Positions 14,602-29,856 of a stretch of DNA of 64,000 bases are shown piece by piece (positions within the stretch are counted from its first letter, which is position 1; every line of letters starts with the position of its first letter). Below the pieces are notes generated by a model, which was not told the DNA's origin, ran no database searches, and saw only the letters and a list, made by a program, of their open reading frames with translations. Source of the DNA: Eledone cirrhosa (Eukaryota); the NCBI GenBank assembly GCA_964016885.1, contig CAXHJY010001185.1, positions 1-64,000 on the forward strand, in the 5' to 3' direction. The translations under genes and the position numbers were made by a program.

Positions 14602-14807
14602 ACACATATACATGTATCCATGTAAGTTAAGTATGTTTAAGACATGTCAAAATGTCTTCACAAAAGATGTCACATAGTTAAACAATAGAAGGGGCCATTC
14701 ACACCACACACCAACATTTACATACACACACACACATAGCACACACGTACTCGTTTACACACACACACACATATATAATATATATATATATATATACGTA
14801 TACATAC

Positions 14808-14856
<49 letters not shown>

Positions 14857-15039
14857 TAAATACATATACAAACACACATACTTATGAATACATCCGCACG
14901 CCATTAAGAAGTTGTCTTAACTACCTACTCCCCTTTCTCCTCCCACCACCACCATCACACTATCCTATGTAAACTTCTCGATTATCAAAAATGAATGAAC
15001 TGCTTCAATAGACAAACAGTGTTTTCTGCTAATGGACCG

Positions 15040-15498
15040 GATGGTAGTGTGGTGGTGATGGTGGTGGTATTGGTAGTGATGGTGGTGGTAGTGATGGTGG
15101 TGTTAGTGGTGTTAGTGGGGATTGGTGGTGTTGGTGATGGTGGTGGTATTGGTGGTGGTATTGGTAGTGGTGGTAGTGATGGTGGTGGTAGTGGTGTTGG
15201 TGGTGATGATGGTGGTGGTGGTGGTGGTGGTGGTATTGGTAGTGATGGTGGTGGTAGTGATGGTGGTGGTAGTGGTGTTGTTGGCGATTGGTGGTGGTGG
15301 TGGTGGTGGTGGTGGTGGTATTGGTAGTGATGGTGGTGGTAATGATGGTGGTGGTAGTGATGTTAGTGGGGATTGGTGGTGATGGTGGTGGTGGTAGTGA
15401 TGGTAGTGATGGTGGTGATGGTGGTGGTAGTGGTGTTGGTGGTGGTGTTGGTGTTGGTGGTGTGGTGGTAAAGGTTGTGGTGGTGGTGGTGGTGGTTG
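15040..15498. repeat. (GGT)n-type trinucleotide array
   Basis: Degenerate GGT/GAT/AGT repeats. Similar arrays at 11460-12140, 34766-35214 (CCA), 52070-52445 and 57190-57522. Confidence 0.9.
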
Positions 15499-15724
15499 TA
15501 TATATCGATACGTATATGTCAAAATGGAACATTAGGCTCGGATTAAAGATAAACATAAGTGTAGAGACGAACAAATCCTCTCTACACCCCACAAATATAT
15601 ATTTAGCAGCCTTGTTTCCTTCAAATGTTAACACACACATTAACACTCCTGCTAGACACACACGCAATCAGAAACATGCATATGGACGTCTGAATATGTA
15701 TGTATATACATATATACATATTAT

Positions 15725-15910
15725 GTGTGGATTGGCAGTATCGGTAGAGAGTCGGACGCCATGCTTTCCAGCATAGTTACGTCCCTTTACGGTCTGAGTT
15801 CAAATCCCGTCGAGGTTGACTTTGCCTTTCATCCTTACGGGGTCGATAAAATAAAGTACCAGTAATGTACTGGGTAATTGCTGGCCTTGTGCCTAAAGTA
15901 GAAACAATTA
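15725..15910 (+). mobile_element. tRNA-derived SINE with Meta-like central domain
   Basis: A box TGGCAGTATCGG, B box GAGTTCAAATCC, domain gcctttcatccttacggggtcgataaaataaagtacc, tail tgctggccttgtgccaaaagtagaaac. About 15 copies or fragments in the window. Confidence 0.85.
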
Positions 15911-15947
15911 TGTGTGCGTATATATATATATTTGAGTTTTCTCTTAG

Positions 15948-16199
15948 GTTAATCACTACCTTGATTAAATCTTAACCATTTAACATCTCAGGGTATGTCA
16001 TGTGTCATTATATTTTGTCTGATGAGGACGTACTGTTGTACCTCTGAAATATGTATAATAAAATTTAATTGATCAAAAGAACATCTATTAATATTTGTAT
16101 TTTAATATTAATAACTCTGGAAAATATTTTTGCTGTAGAGTGCTTCCAATCTACTGTAGAACTCGTTCTTTGATGTAATCATTGAATCTTGTTTAACTC

Positions 16200-16205
<6 letters not shown>
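15948..16205 (+). mobile_element. Penelope-like pseudo-LTR remnant (family A)
   Basis: About 250 bp nearly identical to 29805-30058; contains a hammerhead and ends in (TA)n. Confidence 0.6.
16007..16069 (+). ncRNA. Minimal type I hammerhead ribozyme, same family as 29857
   Basis: ATTATATTTTGT-CTGATGA-GGACGTAC(TGTT)GTACCTCT-GAAA-TATGTA-TA-ATAAAAT. Core intact; stem II slightly weakened. Confidence 0.72.
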
Positions 16206-16230
<25 letters not shown>

Positions 16231-16420
16231 CGCACATACACAAAAGTTATGAAACCTGGCAGCTATTTCTAGCAACCATTAAAACCAATTATTATTCAAA
16301 AAATATAAGGGAAGTAACCTTGATTCGGAGGTCTCCACGAGTGACTTCCCTTGAACATTTAGTAGTTTCTGCGTATATTGATTGCTTATGGGATTTTGAA
16401 AATTATACATATATTTACAT

Positions 16421-16495
<75 letters not shown>

Positions 16496-17094
16496 CTCAC
16501 ACATAAACCTACATACACACTCTCACACACACACGTAAACCTACACACTCTCACACACGCACGCTCACACACACGTAAACCTACACACTCTCACACACTA
16601 TCGCACACACACACACATAAACCTATACACTCTCACACACATACTCACACACATGCTCACACACACGCTCACACTGATAATTAATGTTTACAAAAGAAAA
16701 ACAGGAAGAAAAAACTATCAAGGGACACAACCCATGATAGCATTGCATCCCGTTTAATAATTGAGAATCTTGGATTTACCTCCCCTGTTTATTTATTTAT
16801 TTATTTATTTATTTAGTTTTCGTTATAACTCGGCATTGAGATATGGATTGTTGCAACGAATGACATATTTACAATGGTTTCTGATTTAGACACAAAGCCA
16901 AAATTACGGGGGAAGAGAAAGTCGATTAAATGGACCCCTGTGTATTACTGGTACTTTATTTTTTCGACAGCGTAAGGATGAAACGCAAAGTATTTCCCAT
17001 TATGCGCCGTTTTGGCTGTATTAAATTACAGACAAGACACAATCACAGAGTTTTAGTAGTATATAGATATTGATTTTTAAGAAAAAAAAAAAGT

Positions 17095-17167
17095 AGGTTC
17101 CAGCGAGTTTCGAACTCACGACCTTCTGCGTGTTAAGCAGATGTGATAACCACTACACCATGGAACC
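17095..17167 (-). tRNA. tRNA-Val(AAC), copy 1
   Basis: Minus strand GGTTCCA TG GTGT AGTGGTTATCAC A TCTGC TTAACAC GCAGA AGGTC GTGAG TTCGAAA CTCGC TGGAACC T gives a full cloverleaf with A and B boxes, anticodon AAC and a downstream oligo-T Pol III terminator. Confidence 0.92.
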
Positions 17168-17423
17168 AGGCGATAGAAATGCTCTCTATTAAAGATATTT
17201 ATGGGTGACTCTTTAAGCATTTAAACCGGCCATATCTGGTTAGAATTTTCTCACCACTTTCTGTTCAAACCGGCTATAACTGGCCACTCATACTGATGTT
17301 ATGGTATTGGCCTCTCAGGAATAAGTGGATGAAGAAGAAGAAGGAGGTGGAATAGAAGGAAAAGAAATGTTATTAATGAAATAAAAAAAAAAAAAGGAAA
17401 ATTAAGAAAAAAAAGTAAAATCT

Positions 17424-17496
17424 AGGTTCCAGCGAGTTTCGAACTCACGACCTTCTGCGTGTTAAGCAGATGTGATAACCACTACACCATGGAACC
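17424..17496 (-). tRNA. tRNA-Val(AAC), copy 2
   Basis: 73-nt body identical to copy 1, followed by T-runs on the minus strand. Confidence 0.92.
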
Positions 17497-17920
17497 TCGC
17501 ACATCAGTCGGCTTCTATTAATCTACTTATAGATAAATATCTATGTGTCAAGTAGTCATTCGAGCAGGTTTATTTGATTTCATCTCTTCATAACAAAACA
17601 GTGGGATATTTATAGCCAAGAGAGAGATACTACCTGACAGAGAATTGGTAGATTCGTTATAACGTAGGATAGAATGTCTTGCTATATTCCTTCAGATTTA
17701 GACCTCAGGGGGCCGGGGGTACTTCAAGTTTTGAGGTGCCTCACATACACGGAAAATTAGAATACACAGCAAACCCTTGCTTTAACGACATAAAAATTGT
17801 TTCTACTTTTGGCACAAAGCTAGCAATTATCTTATCCCAGTGCATTACTGGTACTTTGCTTTTCGTCTTTGCGTGGTCGATAAAATAGAGTTAACCTCGG
17901 CGGGATTTGAACTCAGACCC

Positions 17921-18154
17921 TCTATCTATCTATCTAGGGCGGGTAAAATTCCTGAGATTCATGGACGAGTCCTCTCCAGCGGACTCTGTCCCTCACCATC
18001 GCTGCCATGTCCTGCGTCTCCAAGAGACCGGTGTCTGTCATTAGGGCATCAACATATGTTAACCTCGGTCTCTCTCTTCTAGTGTGTCCGTGCAGGGGCT
18101 CCCACAGGAGCACTGAGTGCAGTGTCAACTCAGAATGTCCAGCTAACCTCAGTC
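17921..18154 (-). mobile_element. RTE LINE 3' fragment nested inside a SINE
   Basis: Same family as 12420-12846. It splits a minus-strand SINE whose halves lie at 17795-17920 and 18150-18212. Confidence 0.82.
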
Positions 18155-18230
18155 GGTAAAGGACCGTAACTCTATGCTGCAAAGCATGGCGTCCGACCCT
18201 TTACCGATACGGAAAAAAAAAAAAAAAACT

Positions 18231-18303
18231 AGGTTCCAGCGAGTTTCGAACTCACGACCTTCTGCGTGTTAAGCAGATGTGATAACCACTACACCATGGA
18301 ACC
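18231..18303 (-). tRNA. tRNA-Val(AAC), copy 3
   Basis: Identical 73-nt body and long oligo-T terminator. 5' flank shows diverged similarity to copy 2 (ctatta...ttatagataa...tgtcaagtag). Confidence 0.92.
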
Positions 18304-18504
18304 ATATAAGTTCTTTGTTTTCTATTAGTATATTTATAGATAATATATTTATATATGTCAAGTAGACATGTGAACAGGTCTGTCTAACGATGAAATATTA
18401 AATTTTGGCACAAGGCCAGCAATTACCCCAGTGCATAAACTAAAGTACCAATAATACACTGGGGTAATTGCTGGCCTTGTGCGAAAAAAAGAAACATTAA
18501 TAGC

Positions 18505-18700
18505 CAAGCATTCGCCCATGGCTGTGGAGACTTCTGGTGTCCTTGGCCACCTCCTAGGGCCACCTCTCTGCTCACAACCATTAGCACAGAGTTGGCTACC
18601 CTCAGGTAGGTGTGAGCCCTGCGACCTGGAATGGCTCTTCCAGCGCGTCTCCCTCACCATCCTCCGGGGAGACGCCTTCTATATTCTGTCCACCGGGGCC
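18505..18700 (+). mobile_element. CRE/NeSL-like non-LTR retrotransposon C-terminal fragment
   Basis: PMAVETSGVLG...EPCDLEWLFQRVSLTILRGDA matches the restriction-like endonuclease tail (ETxG...FQRxSxxIxRGNA). Second copy on the minus strand at 59856-59962 (WFFHRISLTILRGNAFSILSAG). Confidence 0.65.
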
Positions 18701-18749
18701 ACGGTGGACAGAATATAGAAGGCGTCTCCCCGGAGTGTTTTTTTTTTGG

Positions 18750-18925
18750 GGGGGGGGAGACGATTAAATCGACTCCAGTGCGTGACTGGTACTTTATTTT
18801 ATCAACCCCGTAAGGATGAAAGGCAAAGTTAACCTCGGCGGGAATGAACTCAGAACGTAAAGGGCCGTCACTCTATGCTGTAAAGCATGGTGTCCGACCC
18901 TCAACCGATACTGCCAATCCAGCGC
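18750..18925 (-). mobile_element. Meta-like SINE
   Basis: Reverse-complement copy of the family at 15725. Confidence 0.8.
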
Positions 18926-19738
18926 CCTTCCATTTGCTCATAATACTGAGAGATGGGGAAAACAGGAGAGACGGAGGCCGTGACAGTGGGAGTTTGGTTC
19001 CTTTGTGTTCGGACCTGGTGTATATATGTATACATTTCATAGACATACACTCACGCATATATTTTGAATAATTATTTTTTTACAACTGAAGAAGGGCTAA
19101 AGCCCGACACGACAAACTTTCTTTCCCCTTTTCCATATAAAGCGTGAAACTAAAACATTTTGTACCTCTGTTTGTTGTCTCCTTGAACTATATATATATA
19201 TGTATGTATGTGTGTGTGTGTGCGTGTGCGTGTGTGTGCGTGTATGTGTTTGTGCGCACGTGGGTGTCTACATACATTCATACACACAGAGACATAGATA
19301 TATCTATCTATCCATTTCCCTCTCTCTCTCCCCCTCGCCCCCCCCCCCCCCTCTCTCTAATATATATATATATATATAGTAGGGGAAAAGCATGTCCTCC
19401 CACCCATCTTCATTGAAAGACTGAGCAGTCGGATTAACCCGTGGGTAAACAACCAGCACCAGGGATTAACCTAAACTAAACGTAGGGGTGGTGGTGATGT
19501 AGGAGGGGTGGTGGTGGTGGGATTTGTAGGAGGGGTGATGGTGGTGGTGGTGATGTAGGAGGGGTGGTGGTGGTGATGTAGGAGGGGTGGTGGTGTAGGG
19601 ATGTTGTACAATACCACTGAATGTAGTGTTATTGTAGGATACAGGATGGCGTAGGACAGGTGTTTGTATAGGAGGGGGTGGAGGGTCGGATGGTGGAGGG
19701 TCGGGTGTGTGGTAGAAGGGGAGGAGGTGAATAAGGAG

Positions 19739-19772
<34 letters not shown>

Positions 19773-19845
19773 CTGGGTCGCCAAGTATAACATTTGTAGA
19801 AATGTGTTTCTTTTCTACAAAGGTCTACAAATTTCATACTTGACG

Positions 19846-19851
<6 letters not shown>
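19773..19851. mobile_element. Very short mariner-type MITE
   Basis: TIR ttggatcgtcaagtatgaaatttgtaga set in (TA)n; second copy at 35488-35546. Confidence 0.65.
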
Positions 19852-19886
<35 letters not shown>

Positions 19887-20001
19887 ATATAATATAATAT
19901 AATATAATATAATATATATGTGCGTGTGTGTGTGTGCGAAAGAAGATTGAATGAGAAAGGTACTGGGGTATGCAACTGGCGTGGAGAATGAAGAGTAAAT
20001 A

Positions 20002-20066
<65 letters not shown>

Positions 20067-20205
20067 TATGTAAATATATATCATATATATATATACACAC
20101 ACACATACATGTGTTTATATGTACAATATACACACAGATACACGTAGATATACCCACATCATAAATATTTAAATACATTTCAGCATACTTTCGGTCAGGT
20201 ATATA

Positions 20206-20269
<64 letters not shown>

Positions 20270-20282
20270 AATATAAATATAT

Positions 20283-21783
<1,501 letters not shown>

Positions 21784-22064
21784 AATATATATATATAATA
21801 TATATATATAATATATATATATATAATATATATATATATAAAATATATATATATAAAATATATATATATAAAATATATATATATATATAATATATATATA
21901 TATAATATATATATATATAATATATATATATATATAATATATATATATATTTATATATATATATATATATATAAATATATATTTATATATATATATATAA
22001 ATATATATTTATATATATATATATAAATATATATTTATATATATATATATAAATATATATTTAT

Positions 22065-22103
<39 letters not shown>

Positions 22104-22188
22104 AATATATATATGTATTTATATATATATATAAATATATATATGTATTTATATATATATATAAATATATATATATATTTATATATAA

Positions 22189-22219
<31 letters not shown>

Positions 22220-22318
22220 ATATATATAAATATATATATATTTATATATATAATATATATCTATTATTAATTCTGGCAATATTACACAAATACGACCCTC
22301 CCCAAGTATAACAATATA

Positions 22319-22410
<92 letters not shown>

Positions 22411-22811
22411 TTATATATATCTATATGTATATATATTCAGTAAATCTTTATTGAATAAACCCAATGACCAGAGCCATGGCGTTCATTGCGATGTCTTTGA
22501 CCCTACCTATTATTCTTTCCTCGGCCGTCAACATCGTACCAGAAGATTATACACACACACACACATACACACACACACACACACACACATACACTCGCTC
22601 ACACACATACACTGGCACATTCATATATATATATATATATATACACACAGATATTTGCGCTCAAATATATCTATATAATGTTTAACAATGTATATATATG
22701 AATGGAATGTATAAATATTTGTGTGTGTATGTATGCCAACATACATGTATACATGCACACAAATATATATGTATATATATTTGTGTGTATATATATATAT
22801 ATATATATATT

Positions 22812-22848
<37 letters not shown>

Positions 22849-22858
22849 TTACACACAC

Positions 22859-22892
<34 letters not shown>

Positions 22893-23102
22893 AAATATAT
22901 ATATATATATATATATATAAATACACGTATGCATTGGATGTATTGGTGAGTCGTCTGCTTCTGTGATTTTGTGACATCTAACGCAGCAACCAATAGGCCA
23001 GCAGAGATTCTCAGGATTGTACTCTCTCCCTCGTTCAGTGAACCGTGTTGGTTTGATTAGCTGCCAAACGTAGCCTCTTGAACTATGCTCCAGGTTTATA
23101 TA

Positions 23103-23151
<49 letters not shown>

Positions 23152-23189
23152 ATATTAATAAATGGAAACTGTATTTATAAAACCATATT

Positions 23190-23255
23190 TATTTTATTAT
23201 ACATATTTCAAGGGCAACCAAGGCAAATTATGGTGCGCTTTCATCAGATAAAATA
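23190..23255 (-). ncRNA. Minimal type I hammerhead ribozyme, related subfamily
   Basis: Minus strand TATTTTAT-CTGATGA-AAGCGCACCA...TGGTTGCCCTT-GAAA-TATGTA-TA^ATAAAATA: perfect 8-bp stem I and a stem II of different sequence that still pairs. Confidence 0.75.
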
Positions 23256-23352
23256 CAGATTTGTTTTATAAATAAATATTGACATACCCGGGAAAAAAAT
23301 GTATGTGTATGTATGTATGTATGTATGTATGTATGTATGTATGTATGTATAT

Positions 23353-24033
23353 GGGAGTGAAGGACCCCTAGCCTTTGTCAGGGCATTCTTCTAGGAGAAG
23401 GCAACTCAGGAAACTGAGAAAACTCCGATATAACACCTGCGGCTCAGTGGTTGCCGATGATGTTGATCTTTTCTTCTTTTCGGGTTATAGCTACTGTGGC
23501 TCAGAGAGTGGGATTGGCTCAGTGCACAGTGTTTCCTCACTTTAAAAAATATCTTCACGCACAGGCATTGCACGATAGAATTAATTAATAATTATTAATA
23601 ATGTTATCTCGTGCAATGGCCATACTCGATAACGAGGGGGCATCCATCATGTATATATGTATGCAGAATTCTAGGAGAAGGAAAACTCTGATATAACACC
23701 TGCAACCCTGATGGTATCCAATGATGTTGACTTGTTCTTCTTTTTGGTAAATATCATCTTGGTTAAGAGAGTGGGACTGGCTTTGTGCAGTGCCTTTGCT
23801 CTCTATAAAAGCTTCACGACACAGGCATTGCTTTATATCTGGAGATCTCTCTGCACTTGTCGTACCATGGGCCCAGCACTATGTGTCAGTAATTGTCACA
23901 AGTGTAGTGTTTGTACCAGAGTTTTCAAGTCGCTGGCTGGACTAAAAAGTCACGCTCGTTCAGCGCATCAGTAGGGGTTCTCCTACATGGATATAAAGTA
24001 GTGGCCGTACTCGAAAACGAGTTGGCAGCCACC
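23353..24033 (+). mobile_element. Two tandem non-autonomous RTE-related elements
   Basis: Two related units (23353-23650 and 23668-24033) share tctaggagaagg.aactc...gatataacacctgc...gatgttga...gagagtggga and a terminal ctcga.aacgag hairpin. Unit 2 retains a C2H2 finger, CSVCTRVFKSLAGLKSHARSAH, typical of RTE C-termini. Confidence 0.5.
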
Positions 24034-24039
24034 ATATAT

Positions 24040-24081
<42 letters not shown>

Positions 24082-24142
24082 TGTGTTGTTATTTCTGTTT
24101 ACCTTTTACACACACACACACACATATATATATACATATATG

Positions 24143-24239
<97 letters not shown>

Positions 24240-24240
<1 letters not shown>

Positions 24241-24434
24241 ACAAAGGAATTGTGGTAAGGAACCAGATGGACCTTAACGCACCAGAGTACTCAATACTTA
24301 GGGTAGTAGAGTTGGAAATAGGAAAAAGTATGACCCCGACTGCAGAGCTCAAGCCGTTTCGACGGCTATTTCAGTCCAGAAATAGCCGTCGAAACGTCTT
24401 GAGCTCTGCCGTCGGGGGTCATACTTGTTCCTAT
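24240..24434 (-). mobile_element. Family B copy with fold-back palindrome
   Basis: Long arm on the minus strand, short inverted arm at about 24378-24434; lies between (CA)n/(TA)n tracts. Confidence 0.6.
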
Positions 24435-24986
24435 ATATATATATATATATAGTAATAGTAATAATAAATACATATATGTATATATACATATGTATGTATG
24501 TATTATATGTCCTATACTGTCCTTAATGTCTACTTTATGTAAACCCTTGTGGTTAATAAAGAAAACATTATATGTGGAGGCATACGATCATAATGTCGTG
24601 GGTTCGATTCCTGGGCTGCGTGTTGTGTTGTTGAGCAAATCACTTCATTCCACGTTGCTCCAGTAGACTCAGCTGAAAATAAGTACCAGTAATAGCTGGG
24701 GTTTAACCCTGCGTTGGACAACAACAGCAGCAACAAAGACGACGACGACACAAACACCCGTATTGAGTGCACACTGCTCACTGCTTTATTGAATCACTTC
24801 AGTTTTTTACTGCTTAGTGTTCTGTAGTGGAGAGTGGGGTTGGTAGTTTAATTACAGCTCTAGTGGGATCAGGGCTGACCTGGGGCTAAACAACGACAAT
24901 AATAACAGCAACAGCAACAACAACAATAACAGTGACAACGGATTTGAACATGACATATATTCAGGTCTTGTTTGTGTGTGTGAGTG

Positions 24987-25018
<32 letters not shown>

Positions 25019-25053
25019 ATATTATATATATATATATTATATATATGTGAGTG

Positions 25054-25086
<33 letters not shown>

Positions 25087-25110
25087 ATAATATATATATA
25101 TATTATACAG

Positions 25111-25156
<46 letters not shown>

Positions 25157-25352
25157 GGGGGGGGGCGATAGAGAGAGGGGGGAGGGCGATAGAGAGAGAG
25201 AGAGAGGGAACGATAGAGAGAGAGAGAGGGAACGATAGAGAGAGAGAGAGAGAGGGAACGAAAGAGAGAGAGTGATATGGCTAGTGATGGTGATTGTTAA
25301 TGAAACAGAGACTCTCTCTCTCTACACACACACATATATATATATATATATA

Positions 25353-25424
25353 CAGGGTGTCTCCACAAAATGTATACACGCTTTTATTAGAATACTGTTG
25401 AAGTGTGTATACATTTTTGGGGGG
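25353..25424. mobile_element. Very short mariner-type MITE, second family
   Basis: TA-CAGGGTGTC...AAAATGTATACAC / GTGTATACATTTT. Related copies at 61037-61127 and 35428-35458. Confidence 0.6.
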
Positions 25425-25496
25425 TATATATATACACATATATATAGTGCATCCATAGGCAGTATGCCGGTTGAGCACTCTATTCTCCTACGGAGC

Positions 25497-25543
<47 letters not shown>

Positions 25544-26047
25544 CACACACAGGAAGACACGGCAAGAGAAGAACGCCAGCCATTAAAACTGTCAAGGAAA
25601 GTGAATACTGGTTGAATTTATGGTTCACATAATATTTTCTTTATTTCAATTATTCTGGGCTTTTTCTTTCTTCCCCCGAAAGATATTTGTGTGACAAAGA
25701 ATGCTCTTTCGACCCTTAATTTTTTCTATCGGTTATTTTTGTGATTGTTTGTGTCATTTTGATGTCCTGTTCTGTTTTGTGGTTCCAGTGTTGGTGTGTA
25801 TTGCGGTTATGGGACGGGTCAAAAACTGATAATTTATTAAAAGAATCAAAAACAAACAAACATAAAATCACAAACGCACGTCTGTCCGCTGCCGTCCGCT
25901 GCCGTCCGTTGACGTTCGTCACGCTACATTGTCTATCCTAAGTCACTGTTCGTCACTACACACACACACACACACATATATACATGTATATATACATATG
26001 ATATATAAACACACACATATATATATACATATATATATACATATAAT

Positions 26048-26079
<32 letters not shown>

Positions 26080-26671
26080 CACGTATATATATATACGCGT
26101 GCGTGTGTGTGTATGCGTGCGTGTGTTTCTTTGTGTTTACGTTTATATTCAATTGTACTTATTCATATTCTTCAGTGAAAGAAGAATGAAAGAATGAAAG
26201 AAAGAAAGAAGTAAAGAAAGAGAGAATGTAAGAAATAAATAAATAAAGAAATAAAGAAAGAAAGAAAGACAGAACGAAAGAGAGAAAGAAAGGTGAAGAA
26301 GAAACACTAACGAAGAAAAGACAAAGGGATTTCATTAAGATGTTGGTGGAAGAAAACATAAATCCGTGTTTCGACGGGAAGGTCACGGTAGGATCAAATA
26401 TTATGGCGAGGGATTTTCCCGTTAATCCTCCTCTTTGACTTTCTTACAATGTTTCCTCTCTCTCACCTCCCCTCACACTATCTTTCTTATTCTTTCTCTT
26501 TCTCTTCCCCTCTCTCTCTCACCATCTCTACCTCTCTCTCTCCCTCTCTCTTTCTTTCTTTCTCTCCCCCTCTCTCTTCCCACCATCTCTACCTTTCTCT
26601 CTCCATCTCCGTCTCTCCCTCTCTCTCCCTTTCTCTCTTTCTCCATCTCCCCCCACCCCCACACCTCGCAA

Positions 26672-27024
26672 ATCTAACCTCGGCGGGATTTGAACTCAGA
26701 ACGTAAAGGGCCAAAACTCTATACTGCAAAGCATGCTGTACGACACTCCACCGATACTTCCAATCCACCGCGCTAACAATAATAATAACAATAATAATTG
26801 TTTCTACTTTAGGCACAAGGCCAGCAATTTGAAGGAGAGAGGGGGGGGGGAGTCGAATAAATCGAACCCCAGTGCATTACTGGTACTTTATTTTATCGAC
26901 CCCCGTAAGGATTAAAGACAAAGCTAACCTCGGCTGGATTTGAACTCAGACCGTAAAGGGACGTAACTCTATGCTGGAAAGCATGGTGTCCGACCCTCTA
27001 CCGATACTGTCAACCCACCTACCA
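26672..27024 (-). mobile_element. Two adjacent Meta-like SINEs (one partial, one full)
   Basis: Head-only copy at 26672-26773 and full copy at 26795-27024. Confidence 0.8.
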
Positions 27025-27917
27025 TAATAATAATAATAAAACTAATCGACTAACAAGAAATAAAAGGTGATATTTGAAAGAAAATTCCACCTCATTGAAA
27101 ATTATGTTGAGTCCCCCTTCATAAAGTTTACAGATCAGTCATTAGAGATGTTTACTCACGTAATGCAAGGCGAGTTGTCATGTTGATAGGAGAGCCATAT
27201 CGTCTGCCATAATGACGATCGTCTGCATATTGCTTGACGGAGTGTCGTCTGCCATTATCGCTATTGTTGTCGTTGTTGTCAATGTTGTTGTTTTGGTCTG
27301 TGTATATGTGTACGTACGTATGTATGTATGTACGTATGCATGTACGTATGTGTGCGTATGTGTGTACGTATGTATGTAGGTATGTTTGTATTATGTACGT
27401 ATGTACGTATGTATTTACATATGTACGTATGTATGCATGTATGTATGTATGTATGTATGTGTGTATATATGTATTATGTACGTATATATGTATATATGTG
27501 TGTATTTATGTGTGTTTATACGTGTGTTTTATGTGTTTATGCGTTTTTATACATGTATTTATATATGAATGTACGTACGTATATGTATGTTTGTGTGTAT
27601 GTATGCATGCAGGTATGTACAAATGTATGCATATGTATGTAAGTATGTATGTATATGCATTGTTTGTTTGTGTATAAATATTTCTTTCGCCTTGAGTATG
27701 AGGAAAAGGAAGTATTTAAGAATTATGTGTGTGTGTGTGTGTGTGGAACTATATGTCTGTATGTGTGTATGTGCGTCAGAAAGCGCTCGTGGGTATGCGT
27801 GAGAGACCTAGAGAGAGAGAGTTAGATAAGGATGTGAGGGACAAAGGAGGTGGGTGAGAGAGAGGGGGAGAGAGATAGTGAAGGAAAGAAACAGATATGA
27901 GTTAGATATGGACGAAA

Positions 27918-27981
<64 letters not shown>

Positions 27982-28120
27982 TACATATATATATATATAT
28001 ACATATATACATATATATATATATATACATATATACATATATATATACATATATATACATATATATATACATATATATACATATATATATACATATATAC
28101 ATATATATATACATATATAC

Positions 28121-28167
<47 letters not shown>

Positions 28168-28176
28168 TATATACAA

Positions 28177-28209
<33 letters not shown>

Positions 28210-28301
28210 AATATATTTCGTTTCTGAATTTGTTTAGCAAGATTCTTTATCTGAAATCGTGTGTTGACCCTCCCAAAGTATAACAATATATAAATATATA
28301 T

Positions 28302-28352
<51 letters not shown>

Positions 28353-28431
28353 TCTATATATATATATAAATATCTATATATATAAATATCTATATATATA
28401 TATATATATCTATATATATATATATATAAAT

Positions 28432-28544
<113 letters not shown>

Positions 28545-28565
28545 AATATATATATATATGTATAA

Positions 28566-28638
<73 letters not shown>

Positions 28639-28688
28639 TGGGCTGAGAGACATAGGCATATATATATATATATATATATATATAACTT

Positions 28689-28780
<92 letters not shown>

Positions 28781-28782
28781 CC

Positions 28783-28828
<46 letters not shown>

Positions 28829-29613
28829 AAGAGGAGGGAGAAGTTATTTGTTTGTATGTGGTCCTTGTTTGTCTTGGCAAGATAGCTTCAGTCTGCTTTT
28901 GAAAGTGTCAAAGAGCCTGGCCAACTTCGTGTCAACAGCTCGGGTGTGACGTGGCAGAAATACTCGGCGTGTCATTTTGTCAGGTAAAAAAAATACACAA
29001 CACAACAGAGCAGAGCAGGTTAAATCATTTTGGAGGAAAAACTTAATGGATTCCGCCACCAACACCAACACACAGGCACCAACACACATATATACACAGA
29101 CATCAATACACATATACACACATACACACACACACGCACACACACACGGACACACGCAGATACTAACACACACATACACGCATACACATACATATAAACA
29201 GACACACACAGACACAAAAGCGTGGGCGCTCGCACACACAGTTATGATATATGTACACACTAACGTATCTATGTGTATATATATATATTATATATATATA
29301 TGTGTGTGTGTGTGTGTAAACGTATGTTTGTATGTATGTATGTATGTATGTATGCATAAGGATATGTATATTATATATATATAAGTATGTATGTATGTAT
29401 ATAGACATAAGTATTTATATACACTCAGAGATATATTACAAACAAACAATTTACACGTTGAAGAGGGCACTCAAACATATGTCTATATATATATACATAT
29501 ATATACTGTATATATATACATATATATATATACTATATATATATATATATACTATATATGAAAAGATTCAGGACCCTAACGGCTGAGCTCCGGCCGTTTC
29601 GACAGCTAGATCC

Positions 29614-29658
<45 letters not shown>

Positions 29659-29693
29659 TATAAGTATTAATAAAATAGATGTTCTTTTGATCA

Positions 29694-29756
29694 ATTACAT
29701 TTTATTATACATATTTCGGATGTACAACAGTACGTCCTCATCAGACAAAATATAAT
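29694..29756 (-). ncRNA. Minimal type I hammerhead ribozyme, inverted copy
   Basis: Reverse complement of 29857-29919 within the left arm of the 29650-29963 inverted repeat. Confidence 0.8.
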
Positions 29757-29856
29757 GATACATGACATACCCTGAGATGTTAAATGGTTAAGATTTAATC
29801 AAGGACTACCTTGATTAAATCTTAACCATTTAACATCTCAGGGTATGTCATGTATC

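Noticed and set aside
19081-19120. Weak hammerhead-like hits (CTGAAGA-AGGGC-TAAA-GCCC-GACAC; also 5084, 5128, 6564, 46380, 55095-55135)
   Set aside because: Core mutated or stems I/III not formable; cannot be distinguished from chance by eye.
23897-23972. Host C2H2 zinc-finger gene exon
   Set aside because: A single finger embedded in a repeated retroelement-like unit; better explained as an RTE C-terminal remnant.
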